Below are positions 9,696 through 19,873 of a stretch of 64,000 bases of DNA, one piece after another. Source of the stretch: Chloroflexota bacterium (lineage in GTDB: Bacteria; Chloroflexota; UBA5177); assembly GCA_036752825.1 (NCBI GenBank), contig DAIORV010000001.1, forward strand, positions 42,843-106,842, given 5' to 3'. Numbering within the stretch: the stretch's first letter is position 1; each line of letters starts with the position of its first letter. The notes beneath the pieces were generated by a model. That model saw only the letters and a program-made list of their open reading frames with translations, was not told the DNA's origin and made no database searches. Made by a program: the position numbers and the translations under genes.

Positions 9696-10851
9696 GCAAA
9701 ATCTTCTCGTAGAGCATTCGAGTAGACGGAGCCGGTTGAGCGGCCAGATGCTGAGCAAAGAGTCGCTCAGCATAGCGGTAAAGCTGGATGGCTTCCCCTC
9801 TTCGCCCAGCTCGTGAGAGATACAACATAAGCGCCTGGTAGGCGTTCTCTCGATACGGATCGATCTCGAGAACCTTCTTCATGAGACGCACGCTGTCTGC
9901 GTACTCGCAGCGGTCGGCGCATATTGCTGCCACCCGGAACATGGACGAGATCCACAGCTCGCGCAAGCGCTCTCGCCGGTCGCTGGGCCAATCCTCATAG
10001 AGGTTCTCTCGAAGATAGTCTTCCTTATACAAAGCGAGAGCCGCCAGAAAGAGCCCGAGCGCGATGTCCGCATCGCCGCTTTCTTGCGCGTCCTGCGCCA
10101 TTCGAACTTGCGTCTCGAATTCATGTGCGTCGACCCAGACGTCCGCTTGAGTATTGAGATGTATGGAGTTCCCCTCTTCAGCGACGAAATGCTTGCCCCC
10201 CACGGCCGTCAGTGTTTCTCGCAACGTGTCGAGCAGGGCTCGGAGTCGGTCTTCAGCGTCCTTCTCCTCGAGATCAGGCCATAGGAGATACAGAAGCTGC
10301 GCTCGCTCCACCGGTTGATCCCAGTGTGTGACCAGATATTTGATCAGCATTCTTGCCCGCCTGTCGCCGATCTCTTCGTCGAGCAGCAGCTCATCTCCCA
10401 TCAGCACCCTGAAGGGCCCTATCGTGAAGACACGAAGCACTGTACCAGCCGCTTCGACAGGACGAATCCGATCGAGCCAGACCCGTATCCTGAGCAACAG
10501 ATCTTCGAGCTCAAAGGGCTTGGCGATGAAGTCGTCAGCGCCTTTTTCAAGCGCCTCGAGAATGTCGTGATGCGTTGACTTTGCGCTCAGCACGATGACC
10601 GACGGCCGAGGGGTGGGCGCTTTTCGGCGGAGCGAATCAAGCACCTCCAGCCCAGTCATCCGCGGCATCATCAGGTCAAGAATTACGAGGGAGGGGGTCG
10701 AAGCATCGATTCTCTCGAGCGCTTCGACGCCGTCACGAGCGATTTCTGTAGCATAGCCTTCGTCGGCCAAGACCGTAGTGAGGAAGTCGACGATATCCGG
10801 TTCGTCGTCGACGATCAGGATGGGCCCTTTCCCTGCGGTCAATACGCTCAT
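9679..10851 (-). CDS. Hybrid response regulator: CheY-like receiver fused to a SARP/OmpR-type winged helix and a BTAD (TPR-like) domain
   Basis: REC: 'ILIVDDEPDIVDFL...LVILDLMMPRMTGLEVL', with the phospho-acceptor Asp predicted in 'VILDLMMP'. C-terminus: 'VWVDAHEFE' and a helical repeat region 'LYKEDYLREN...' typical of SARP/BTAD. Confidence 0.75.
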   Translation of the reverse strand: MSVLTAGKGPILIVDDEPDIVDFLTTVLADEGYATEIARDGVEALERIDASTPSLVILDLMMPRMTGLEVLDSLRRKAPTPRPSVIVLSAKSTHHDILEALEKGADDFIAKPFELEDLLLRIRVWLDRIRPVEAAGTVLRVFTIGPFRVLMGDELLLDEEIGDRRARMLIKYLVTHWDQPVERAQLLYLLWPDLEEKDAEDRLRALLDTLRETLTAVGGKHFVAEEGNSIHLNTQADVWVDAHEFETQVRMAQDAQESGDADIALGLFLAALALYKEDYLRENLYEDWPSDRRERLRELWISSMFRVAAICADRCEYADSVRLMKKVLEIDPYRENAYQALMLYLSRAGRRGEAIQLYRYAERLFAQHLAAQPAPSTRMLYEKILRGEAG

Positions 10852-10912
10852 CCCCTCGCCAGCTGAACCACCTTGTACTATTGAAAATCATAGCTTACGC
10901 GGCCTGGAGTCG

Positions 10913-11668
10913 ATGGATCCTTACGCCACAATAGCCGCGTACTACGACCTCGAACACGCGGAGTCGCTGGACGATATCCAGTTGTACCTGAATCTGGTCG
11001 TGTCCGGACCGGTTCTCGAGCTGGGCGCGGGCACCGGGCGCATCACGGAAGCATTGGTGCGAGCCGGTCACGAGGTTTGGGCCGTCGACAGGTCGGCAGC
11101 CATGCTCCAAAGAGCCGCGGAAAGGCTCAAGGAGCTTCCTGGTGCACATCTCGTGGAAGCCGGCACAGGTGGCTTGGCGGATGGAGAGGTTCCCTCGCAC
11201 TTTCGGGTGGCGGTCCTCTCTCTGAATTTCCTGTGGCATCTGCCCAGCTGGGAAATGCAGCTGGCTGCTTTGCGCGAGGTCCACCAACACGTTGTCCACT
11301 CCGCGCTCGTCATGGTCGACCTAACGAATCCGTTGTCCATGGCGGACCGCGGAGCTGACGGTGAGATGCGCGAAAGGTTCGCAATCAGGTATAAGTCCGG
11401 GACCCTGATGGGTTCGTCAGTGGCCTGGGACGACGCGGCCGACCAGCGGCTCCTTCTCAAGCTGATATACGACGAAGTCGCGCAGGACGGGCTCGTCCAC
11501 CGAAGCGCGGCCAATCTCGATCTCAAGTACATCTATCGTGCAGAGCTGGAGATTATGCTGCAGACCGCCGGCTTCCAGCTGGAGTTTCTCTACGGCTCTT
11601 ACGACCTGGATCCGTATCAGTCAGACAGCCCCAACCTCATCGCCGTGTGTCGAGCCGAAAAAGCGTGA
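10913..11668 (+). CDS. Class I SAM-dependent methyltransferase
   Basis: Motif I 'VLELGAGTGRIT' (GxGxG). The real start is ATG 10913 ('MDPYATIAAYYDLEHA'); the ORF-track start 10778 overlaps the divergent regulator gene. Confidence 0.75.
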   Translation: MDPYATIAAYYDLEHAESLDDIQLYLNLVVSGPVLELGAGTGRITEALVRAGHEVWAVDRSAAMLQRAAERLKELPGAHLVEAGTGGLADGEVPSHFRVAVLSLNFLWHLPSWEMQLAALREVHQHVVHSALVMVDLTNPLSMADRGADGEMRERFAIRYKSGTLMGSSVAWDDAADQRLLLKLIYDEVAQDGLVHRSAANLDLKYIYRAELEIMLQTAGFQLEFLYGSYDLDPYQSDSPNLIAVCRAEKA

Positions 11669-11701
11669 GCCGAGCGAATTAGGTATCGCTGCCAGACGAG
11701 G

Positions 11702-12313
11702 TTAGGTCGGGCTCGCGGCTACCTGGCGGCTCCCGAGTGCTGTCTCCATCGCTTCCCGCTCCTCCGGCGTCAGAGCATAGCTAGACGTTCCGTTGTCAAT
11801 GGGCTTGGCGTAGAGACGGCTGTCGGTGCGCGAATGTAACCCGGTGATTACCACACCGTGGCCTCCGCTATCGAGCAACGCGAGCGCGAAGCTCTGATCT
11901 CCGCCCGTGTCGTGAAACGGACTGAAGCGAACGAGTCCGACGTGACGGATCACGCTGGGCATGACGGACATGATCTCATCGTGCTCCGACTTGACCCGCC
12001 GGACGTCCGCGGCCGTTTGCCGCACCGTTGATAGGTATTCCACGAGCCGTTGGGGCAGGCTTTCGCTGTCCAGATCTGAGAACAACGAGTCGAACCTCGC
12101 TTCCAGGCGGGTGGTTCTGCGCTGTGCGAGCAGCAACACGACAGCTCCCGCTAGCCAGAGCACCGCGAGCGCCACCCAGAACAGAAAAGCGTGCTGATCG
12201 TACGCCGTGCGAAGAGGATCCAAGCTCACCACTTCATGGGAGGTTTTCCGGTCAGTATAGCCATTCTCCTCTGTGAGCACTGTGTATAATTCGCGGGGTC
12301 GGGGACTTGACAA
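11702..12313 (-). CDS. Membrane-anchored DUF4446-like protein
   Basis: One N-terminal TM helix (FLFWVALAVLWLAGAVVLLLA), then a soluble domain containing 'VRFSPFHDTGGDQSFALALLD', which resembles the DUF4446 core. The start is uncertain (ATG 12313 or an internal GTG near 12232). Confidence 0.5.
   Translation of the reverse strand: MSSPRPRELYTVLTEENGYTDRKTSHEVVSLDPLRTAYDQHAFLFWVALAVLWLAGAVVLLLAQRRTTRLEARFDSLFSDLDSESLPQRLVEYLSTVRQTAADVRRVKSEHDEIMSVMPSVIRHVGLVRFSPFHDTGGDQSFALALLDSGGHGVVITGLHSRTDSRLYAKPIDNGTSSYALTPEEREAMETALGSRQVAASPT
12281..12290 (+). promoter_or_regulatory. Extended -10 element (TGTG-TATAAT) facing the small ORF and selA
   Basis: TGTGTATAAT at 12281-12290 with a weak -35 (ccattc) 17 nt upstream. 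It lies inside the 5' end of the divergent DUF4446 ORF. Confidence 0.3.
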
Positions 12314-12365
12314 CGTCGCGATCGTGAGCCGGCCCGAGTCACCATTACACTAGTGAGAGAGTCCC

Positions 12366-12674
12366 TTGCCGAAGAAAATGCGCGGACGTGCCGCCAAGCA
12401 ACGGCCGAAGCCACGCCGGCCGACGACCCCAGCGCCCAGCACCGCCGCTGTAGCTGACGGCATCGAAGCTTCGCCGCAGCAATCTTCTCTCCAGTACTCC
12501 CGATCTTCGACCACCTCGGCGCGGCCGGCACAGCGTAGGAGCACGGCTCCGCCGCGCCCTACGACGGCTCTCGCTTTCAACTATGCGTATCTGAGTCACG
12601 ACATCAGGACCTTGTTCATCCTGGCTCCTTCAATGATCGTGCTGCTCGTCGCCGCCTATTTCGTGTTGCATTAG
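12366..12674 (+). CDS. Small basic/low-complexity protein with a C-terminal transmembrane helix (hypothetical)
   Basis: 102 aa. Arg/Pro/Ala/Thr-rich N-terminus and a C-terminal hydrophobic segment 'LFILAPSMIVLLVAAYFVL'. Ends 14 nt before selA. Could be a GC artefact. Confidence 0.35.
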   Translation: MPKKMRGRAAKQRPKPRRPTTPAPSTAAVADGIEASPQQSSLQYSRSSTTSARPAQRRSTAPPRPTTALAFNYAYLSHDIRTLFILAPSMIVLLVAAYFVLH

Positions 12675-12687
12675 GGCTCTACCCTCG

Positions 12688-14076
12688 ATGGGCGACAGCC
12701 GATATCGGGCGTTGCCGTCCCTCGACTGCCTACTCAGGCTGAAGCCGAGCAAAGAGCTGCTGCACCGATATCGTCGAGAGGCAGTGGTGCATCTACTGCG
12801 CGGTGAGCTGGAGGCTGCTCGCGAGCGAATCGCCTCGGGCGAGATGGCGCCCGCGCCAGACTCAATCGCCGCTGCCGCCGCCGCCCGTGCGCAGGAGGAC
12901 TGGGAATCCGGCCCCAAGCGGCTGATCAACGCGACTGGGGTGATTCTCCACACTGCCGCCGGCCGAGCTCCCCTCAGCGTTAAAGCGATTGCCGCCATGG
13001 AAGAAGCCGCGGCTTATTCAAACCTGGAAATGGACTTGAAGACCGGAGCCCGCAGTTCGAGACAGGACCACGTAAGGCAGAAATTAGTCGCCCTAACTGG
13101 GGCCGAGTCGGCGCATGTGACGGTGAATGCTGCCTCGGCAGTTCTATTGGCTCTGGCGGCTCTCGCGCGAGGCCGGGAAGTTCTCATATCTCGAGGCCAA
13201 CTGGTTGAGATCGGGGGAGGTTTTCGCGTTCCAGTAATCCTGCGCCAGAGCGGAGCGCGGCTTGTGGAGGTGGGCACGACCAACCGCACAAGAGTTGCGG
13301 ACTATGAAGCAGCCATCAGCCCGCGAACGGGTGCAATTCTCCACGTTCACGCCAGCAACTTTCGCATCAGCGGGTTCACCGAGAATGTGAGGCTCGAGGC
13401 GCTCGCGGAACTTGCACGGCGTCACAACCTGCATCTGATCTCCGATAACGGCAGCGGAGCCCTTTTAGACACTGCATCGTTTGGTCTCACGCACGAGCCC
13501 ATGGTCCAAGAGGCGGTTGCCGCCGGTTGCGATCTCGTGGCGTTCTCGGGTGACAAGCTTCTGGGGGGCCCTCAGTCCGGGCTCCTCGTGGGCAAGCGCA
13601 CAGCCATAGAGGCTCTGGCACGTCATCCACTGGCGAGGGCACTGAGGCCGGATAAGATCATGCTCGCAGGCCTTTCGGCAACGTTAGCCGCGTACCTCCG
13701 GAATGAGTCCTCGTCTACCATACCCGTCTGGAATATGATTTCCACACGCGGCGAGCAGCTGGCACTGCGGGCCGCGGAGTGGCGGAAAAGAGCTCTTGAG
13801 CGCCAGCTTGAAGTGGGTCTTCTGGACGGGGAATCGACCGTCGGCGGCGGCTCCCTGCCAGACGAAGCGATGCCGACCACCCTTATCCGGCTGCCCAAGG
13901 AGATCACGGCAAATGCCCTGAGGAGCGGGGACGTTTCGGTGCTCGCGCGCACTAAGGGCAACCGGACTCTGCTCGATCTGAGAACCGTGCCGGCGCACCA
14001 AGAAGATGAGCTTCTCAACGCGGTAAACGCGGCCAAATTGCGGCAAGCCACCGTGATAGACTCGGCTGCCTCATGA
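12688..14076 (+). CDS. selA: L-seryl-tRNA(Sec) selenium transferase (selenocysteine synthase)
   Basis: N-terminus 'LPSLDCLL', 'HVHASNFRISGFTE', and a PLP-lysine block 'FSGDKLLGGPQSGLLVGK' matching the SelA signature. 462 aa. Confidence 0.8.
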   Translation: MGDSRYRALPSLDCLLRLKPSKELLHRYRREAVVHLLRGELEAARERIASGEMAPAPDSIAAAAAARAQEDWESGPKRLINATGVILHTAAGRAPLSVKAIAAMEEAAAYSNLEMDLKTGARSSRQDHVRQKLVALTGAESAHVTVNAASAVLLALAALARGREVLISRGQLVEIGGGFRVPVILRQSGARLVEVGTTNRTRVADYEAAISPRTGAILHVHASNFRISGFTENVRLEALAELARRHNLHLISDNGSGALLDTASFGLTHEPMVQEAVAAGCDLVAFSGDKLLGGPQSGLLVGKRTAIEALARHPLARALRPDKIMLAGLSATLAAYLRNESSSTIPVWNMISTRGEQLALRAAEWRKRALERQLEVGLLDGESTVGGGSLPDEAMPTTLIRLPKEITANALRSGDVSVLARTKGNRTLLDLRTVPAHQEDELLNAVNAAKLRQATVIDSAAS

Positions 14077-14639
14077 GCGACCTACCGGCTGTCAAGCCAG
14101 GCAGATCGAAATCATTTCTACGAGAGCTGCTCGAAACCGCCGTACTCACCGTTGCAATATTCTTGCTGGTTCGCGTGGCCCTTCAGAACTTCAAGGTCGA
14201 TGGGTACTCCATGGAGCCGAACTTCCACCCCAGCGAGTACATCCTGGTCGACAAGTTCGACTACTGGTTTCGCGGCCCAGAGCGAGGCGACGTGATTGTG
14301 TTTCGCGCAGTGCCGGCCAGGCAGCCGAACCGCGACTTCATCAAGAGAGTAATTGGTTTGCCAGGCGAGCGCGTCTCGGTCCACAGCGGCGCCGTCTATA
14401 TAAACGGTCGACGTCTGCATGAGTCCTACATTACGGATCCACCCACCTACACCTACCACCAGGTGACCGTGCCTAAGAACGACTACTTTGTACTCGGCGA
14501 TAATCGCAACAATAGTTTCGACTCGAGTAAATGGACGGCCACGCCATTTCTCGAACGAAAATACATTATTGGAAAAGCCTGGATGGCCTACTGGCCGTTC
14601 CATGACGTGACGGTGTTTCGGGAGCCTTCCTACAGGTAG
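14073..14639 (+). CDS. lepB: Signal peptidase I
   Basis: 'GYSMEPN' (catalytic Ser box), 'RGDVIVF', 'KRVIGLPGE', '[12 protein letters not shown]'. The ATGA overlap with the selA stop implies translational coupling. Confidence 0.9.
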   Translation: MSDLPAVKPGRSKSFLRELLETAVLTVAIFLLVRVALQNFKVDGYSMEPNFHPSEYILVDKFDYWFRGPERGDVIVFRAVPARQPNRDFIKRVIGLPGERVSVHSGAVYINGRRLHESYITDPPTYTYHQVTVPKNDYFVLGDNRNNSFDSSKWTATPFLERKYIIGKAWMAYWPFHDVTVFREPSYR

Positions 14640-14685
14640 CTCCCAGAGCCACTGTTTTACCGGCGCTGCAGACAAGGAGCCAAGG

Positions 14686-15942
14686 ATGTCGGCACTCAGC
14701 ACGAGCGATCTCGAAGCCTACGAAATAGTGCAACGCGAAACCGAGAGGCAGAGTGACGACATCGTCCTCATCGCTTCCGAGAATCACGCTAGCCGTGCCG
14801 TTCTCGAAGCAACCGGCTCAGTTCTTACGGATAAATACGCCGAAGGTTATCCTCACAAACGCTACTACGGCGGATGCGAGTACGTAGACGAAGCTGAAGA
14901 GCTGGCCGTCGAACGTGCCAAGCAGCTATTCGGAGCCGAGCACGCGAACGTGCAACCTCATGCCGGCGCCATGGCGAACATGGCTTCGTACGCGGCATGT
15001 CTTGAATATGGGGACCGAGTGCTGGCCATGAATCTAAAGCACGGGGGTCATCTGACCCACGGCGGAGGGTTCAATTTCTCCGGCAAGCTGTACGAGTTCC
15101 AGTGGTACGGGGTCGACGAACAAACCGAGCAGATCGACTACGATGCCGTCCAGAAGCAGGCAGAGGAATTTCAGCCCAAGTTGCTGGTTGCCGGTGCCAG
15201 TGCATACTCCCGTTTGTTCGACTTTCCTCGGCTTCGTCAGATTGCCGACTCTGTTGGCGCACGGTTCATGTTCGACATGGCGCACGTGGCTGGTCTCGTC
15301 GCCGGAGGTGTCCATCCGAACCCCGTGGAGCACGCGGACATCGTAACCTCCACGACGCACAAAACGCTTCGAGGTCCGCGCGGCGGTCTCATATTGTGCC
15401 GTGAGGAGCTCGCCAAGAAGGTAAACTCCGGCGTTTTCCCTTACATGCAGGGCGGTCCCTTCATGCATCAAATCCTTGCCAAGGCAGTCGCATTCGGTGA
15501 AGCGCTCCAGCCTGCGTTCAAGGAGTACGCGAGACAGGTCGTGCGGAACGCAAGAGATCTCTCGACGCAGCTGCAGGCCCGAGGCTTCTCAATCGTGTCC
15601 GGCGGGACCGACAACCACCTCTTCGTCCTCGACTTCCGCAAATCTGACCTCACTGGGAAGCGAGCTCAGGAAGCTTTGGAGTCTGTTGGATTGGTGACGA
15701 ACAAGAACCTCGTTCCATTCGACACGCGCAATTCGGTGCACACCAGCGGTCTGAGGGTGGGCACGCCGTCCGCAACGACCCGGGGCATGAAGACAGAGGA
15801 GATGAAGTTGATCGCCGACTGGATTGCTGAAAGACTGGCAGCGCCGGACGACCCGGAGACAGAGGGCACCATCGCCTCCCAGGTTCGAGCCCTTACGCGC
15901 GACTTTCCAATTCCGGCCGCCGTCCTGCCGGTGCCGGCTTAG
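14686..15942 (+). CDS. glyA: Serine hydroxymethyltransferase
   Basis: SHMT signatures '[15 protein letters not shown]', '[13 protein letters not shown]', '[15 protein letters not shown]'. RBS AAGGAG precedes the ATG. Confidence 0.95.
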   Translation: MSALSTSDLEAYEIVQRETERQSDDIVLIASENHASRAVLEATGSVLTDKYAEGYPHKRYYGGCEYVDEAEELAVERAKQLFGAEHANVQPHAGAMANMASYAACLEYGDRVLAMNLKHGGHLTHGGGFNFSGKLYEFQWYGVDEQTEQIDYDAVQKQAEEFQPKLLVAGASAYSRLFDFPRLRQIADSVGARFMFDMAHVAGLVAGGVHPNPVEHADIVTSTTHKTLRGPRGGLILCREELAKKVNSGVFPYMQGGPFMHQILAKAVAFGEALQPAFKEYARQVVRNARDLSTQLQARGFSIVSGGTDNHLFVLDFRKSDLTGKRAQEALESVGLVTNKNLVPFDTRNSVHTSGLRVGTPSATTRGMKTEEMKLIADWIAERLAAPDDPETEGTIASQVRALTRDFPIPAAVLPVPA

Positions 15943-16442
15943 CCCGCGAAATCCTCTGTGACATAGATCGAGTCGGGGGTCGTGACGATCCCTACGCCTA
16001 CTCTGGTGAAGGTTGCTCGCAACAGATTGGCTCGATGTCCGGGGCTTTGCAGCATGGCGGTTTCAATCGCTTCCAGCATCGCTATCTGGTTTGACCCGGT
16101 GTCGGTACCAAGGTTCTCTCCGGCGTAGCGATACCGAGCGCCCGCTCGGTCCATGCGGGAAAAAGGAGTGGAACCGTCCTCTCCCTCATGGGCGAAGTAG
16201 TCGTGTGCAGCCATGTCTTTGCTATGGAGCAGTGCTACGTGGGTGAGCAAACTGTTGAGACGTAACGGAAGCAAGCCATGGGATGCTCGATCGCGATTTA
16301 CAATCGCCAAGAGGATCCGCTTATCAGACGATGGACTGGTCCGGCTGTGCGCCGCATGGGTCACGGTGGGAAGAAGGAGTCCGCCTGATGCTGCTAATGC
16401 CAGCGTTCCAATCAGCGCCCGAATCCTCAGGTATTCCACCAA
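15939..16442 (-). CDS. Secreted CAP/SCP/PR-1-like domain protein
   Basis: Signal-like N-terminus ([12 protein letters not shown]). '[32 protein letters not shown]...GENLG' matches the CAP domain (CRISP/Ag5/PR-1 family). Confidence 0.65.
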   Translation of the reverse strand: MVEYLRIRALIGTLALAASGGLLLPTVTHAAHSRTSPSSDKRILLAIVNRDRASHGLLPLRLNSLLTHVALLHSKDMAAHDYFAHEGEDGSTPFSRMDRAGARYRYAGENLGTDTGSNQIAMLEAIETAMLQSPGHRANLLRATFTRVGVGIVTTPDSIYVTEDFAG

Positions 16443-16597
16443 ATCTCTCTCCTCGAAGCTTGTCCTAAAAACTGTATCAAGGGGCGATTAGGTGGGGATT
16501 AGTCGATAGTATGTGCGCGCCGGTCCGAATTACCAGTTTGGGATGTGCGAGTCTTGCCCGTTCGTCGAGAATCTGGGTACCCTATGAGGACTGCCGG

Positions 16598-16671
16598 TGC
16601 GGGATCGTCTAACGGTAGGACGCTTGACTCTGGATCAAGAAGTTGGGGTTCGAATCCCTGTCCCGCAGCCA
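16598..16671 (+). tRNA. tRNA-Gln (anticodon CUG)
   Basis: Hand-folded cloverleaf. Acceptor TGCGGGA/TCCCGCA with the U1-A72 pair typical of bacterial tRNA-Gln. D-arm GTCTAACGGTAGGAC. Anticodon stem CTTGA/TCAAG with loop CT-CTG-GA. T-arm TGGGGTTCGAATCCCTG. Discriminator G and an encoded CCA. Confidence 0.85.
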
Positions 16672-16842
16672 AGCGCGCAACAGTGGTCACCGTCGAAGCC
16701 GCACATTTTTCGCCACCTGTCCGCCTCACCGTCGGTTGTCAGCCGGTCGAAACCCATGTATAGTTATCGCAGTCTTTTCGCGGCCTTTTCATGATCGCCG
16801 CGAGACAGAAGTGGCAGCGAGACTTGCGACGACGCGGGGAGA

Positions 16843-18123
16843 TTGGCTCGAATGATTATTGATAGGGCAACGGAGACCGGCTTTTTTCCGACAGCGGCTC
16901 AGACGCTCGAGGAGACCGGACTTACAGGCTCGATCATTGATGATCTACTGCTCAAACGCCTCTTCAACGGGGGACCGCAGACAGCCGGTGATATAGCAGA
17001 CTTCCTAGCGTTGCCGTTCCTCTTGATTCTCGGAAACCTTAACGAGCTCCGCCGCCTTCACCAGACTCACGTGCTGGGCTCCGCCGGCTATGGCGAGCGC
17101 AACTACATCTACACCCTCACTGAAGACGGCCAGGGCCGAGCTCGATCATCCTTCGAACGCAACGCATATGACGGCCCAGCCCCCGTGCCGCTTCAGGACT
17201 ACATCGGCTCGGTCAAGGCACAGAGCGTACGGGACGTCGTCGTGACGAAGGAAGCGATTGAGAACGCGTTCAAGGATCTCGTCCTTCATGAGGAGATCAT
17301 CAACGAGATCGGTCCAGCGGTCAATGCCGGACAGTCCCTGTTCTTCTACGGGGCGGCAGGTAACGGGAAAACGGCTCTAGCTACCCGCATCACGAAAGCT
17401 ATGGGCAGCGATGTGTTCGTGCCTCACGCCGTCGAAGTCGACGGTTCGATCATCGAGATGTACGATCCCGTGTGCCACTACAAGACGGCCGATCAGGACG
17501 ATAGTCTAGATCCACGTTGGGTCAAGGTAAAGCGGCCGACTGTCGTTGTGGGCGGCGAGCTCAAGCTCGAGCAGCTTGACCTGACCTTCAGTCCGTCACG
17601 AAAGACGTACGACGCTCCATTCCAGATGAAAGCCAACACGGGCATGTTTCTGATCGACGATTTCGGCCGTCAGCAAATGTCACCGTCGGATCTCCTGAAC
17701 CGGTGGATCGTCCCGCTCGAGCTCAAGGTCGACTTTCTTCGTCTCCAGAGCGGTCGCAAGATCGAGATCCCGTTCGACGAGCTTCTAGTGCTGTCTTCCA
17801 ACCTCGATCCTTCGACGCTCATGGACGAGGCGTTCCTCCGACGTATCAAGTACAAGGTCAAGGCGAGGGATCCGGAGCGAGATATGTTCCGGTTGATCTT
17901 CATTGGAGCCTGTAAGTTCTTCAACGTGCCCTTCGATGACGAAGGCTTCGAATATCTGGTCGAAGAGCACTATACGAAGGCGGGACGTCCTTTCAGAGGT
18001 GTGCATCCTCGCGACCTCCTAGACCAGCTGGTGGCCCTCGCTCGGTACACCGAAGAGCCTGCTGTCATGAGCCCGCGGCTGCTCGATGCCGTCGTGAACA
18101 CCTACTTCATCGCATCCAAGTAA
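16843..18123 (+). CDS. AAA+ ATPase with an N-terminal winged-helix-like domain (DnaC/IstB- or DUF815-like Walker motifs); function unknown
   Basis: Walker A 'YGAAGNGKTALA', Walker B 'MFLIDDFG', sensor-1 'VLSSNLDPS', and an Arg-finger candidate 'FLRRIKYK'. 426 aa. No transposase is adjacent. Confidence 0.7.
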   Translation: MARMIIDRATETGFFPTAAQTLEETGLTGSIIDDLLLKRLFNGGPQTAGDIADFLALPFLLILGNLNELRRLHQTHVLGSAGYGERNYIYTLTEDGQGRARSSFERNAYDGPAPVPLQDYIGSVKAQSVRDVVVTKEAIENAFKDLVLHEEIINEIGPAVNAGQSLFFYGAAGNGKTALATRITKAMGSDVFVPHAVEVDGSIIEMYDPVCHYKTADQDDSLDPRWVKVKRPTVVVGGELKLEQLDLTFSPSRKTYDAPFQMKANTGMFLIDDFGRQQMSPSDLLNRWIVPLELKVDFLRLQSGRKIEIPFDELLVLSSNLDPSTLMDEAFLRRIKYKVKARDPERDMFRLIFIGACKFFNVPFDDEGFEYLVEEHYTKAGRPFRGVHPRDLLDQLVALARYTEEPAVMSPRLLDAVVNTYFIASK

Positions 18124-18142
18124 GCGGTACCGGCGCTCCGGG

Positions 18143-18340
18143 CTAACCCGTAGGTTCTGGAGTCACTTCTCGCGCTAGCAGCTCCGCGTATTCAAGGGCA
18201 CGCTCGCGAAGTCTGGGAAGGCTGTGCCGCTCGCAGTAGTACCCGCCCTCCCAAATCTCGAACCGATCTGTGTGGTGGATGTTTCCTCTGCACACGATGC
18301 ACCGTGCAACCAGCTGGCCCTTCTCGCCATCGTCCCGCAT
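18143..18340 (-). CDS. Small Cys/His-containing ORF (possible zinc-ribbon protein)
   Basis: 65 aa with 'CIVCRG...HH...YYCERH'. Convergent with the ATPase gene. No supporting RBS or homology seen by eye. Confidence 0.2.
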   Translation of the reverse strand: MRDDGEKGQLVARCIVCRGNIHHTDRFEIWEGGYYCERHSLPRLRERALEYAELLAREVTPEPTG

Positions 18341-18476
18341 GAGGCGAACCTCCTCGGTTTTTCCAGTCTATCAAGAGCGGGAATCTTCGGCTCGCTACAA
18401 TCTGGAACGTGGATCCGAAGCCCAGTCGGCCCTCGGCGAGCATGAGAACCGTAGCTTCTGGACAAAAAGGACACAG

Positions 18477-19871
<1,395 letters not shown>

Positions 19872-19873
19872 TT

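Noticed and set aside
16598-16671. Possibility that the lone tRNA is tRNA-Sec (given selA nearby)
   Set aside because: Normal 74-nt length, a 7-bp acceptor stem, anticodon CUG and the U1-A72 pair identify it as tRNA-Gln. It lacks the long variable arm and 8/5 acceptor-T structure of tRNA-Sec.
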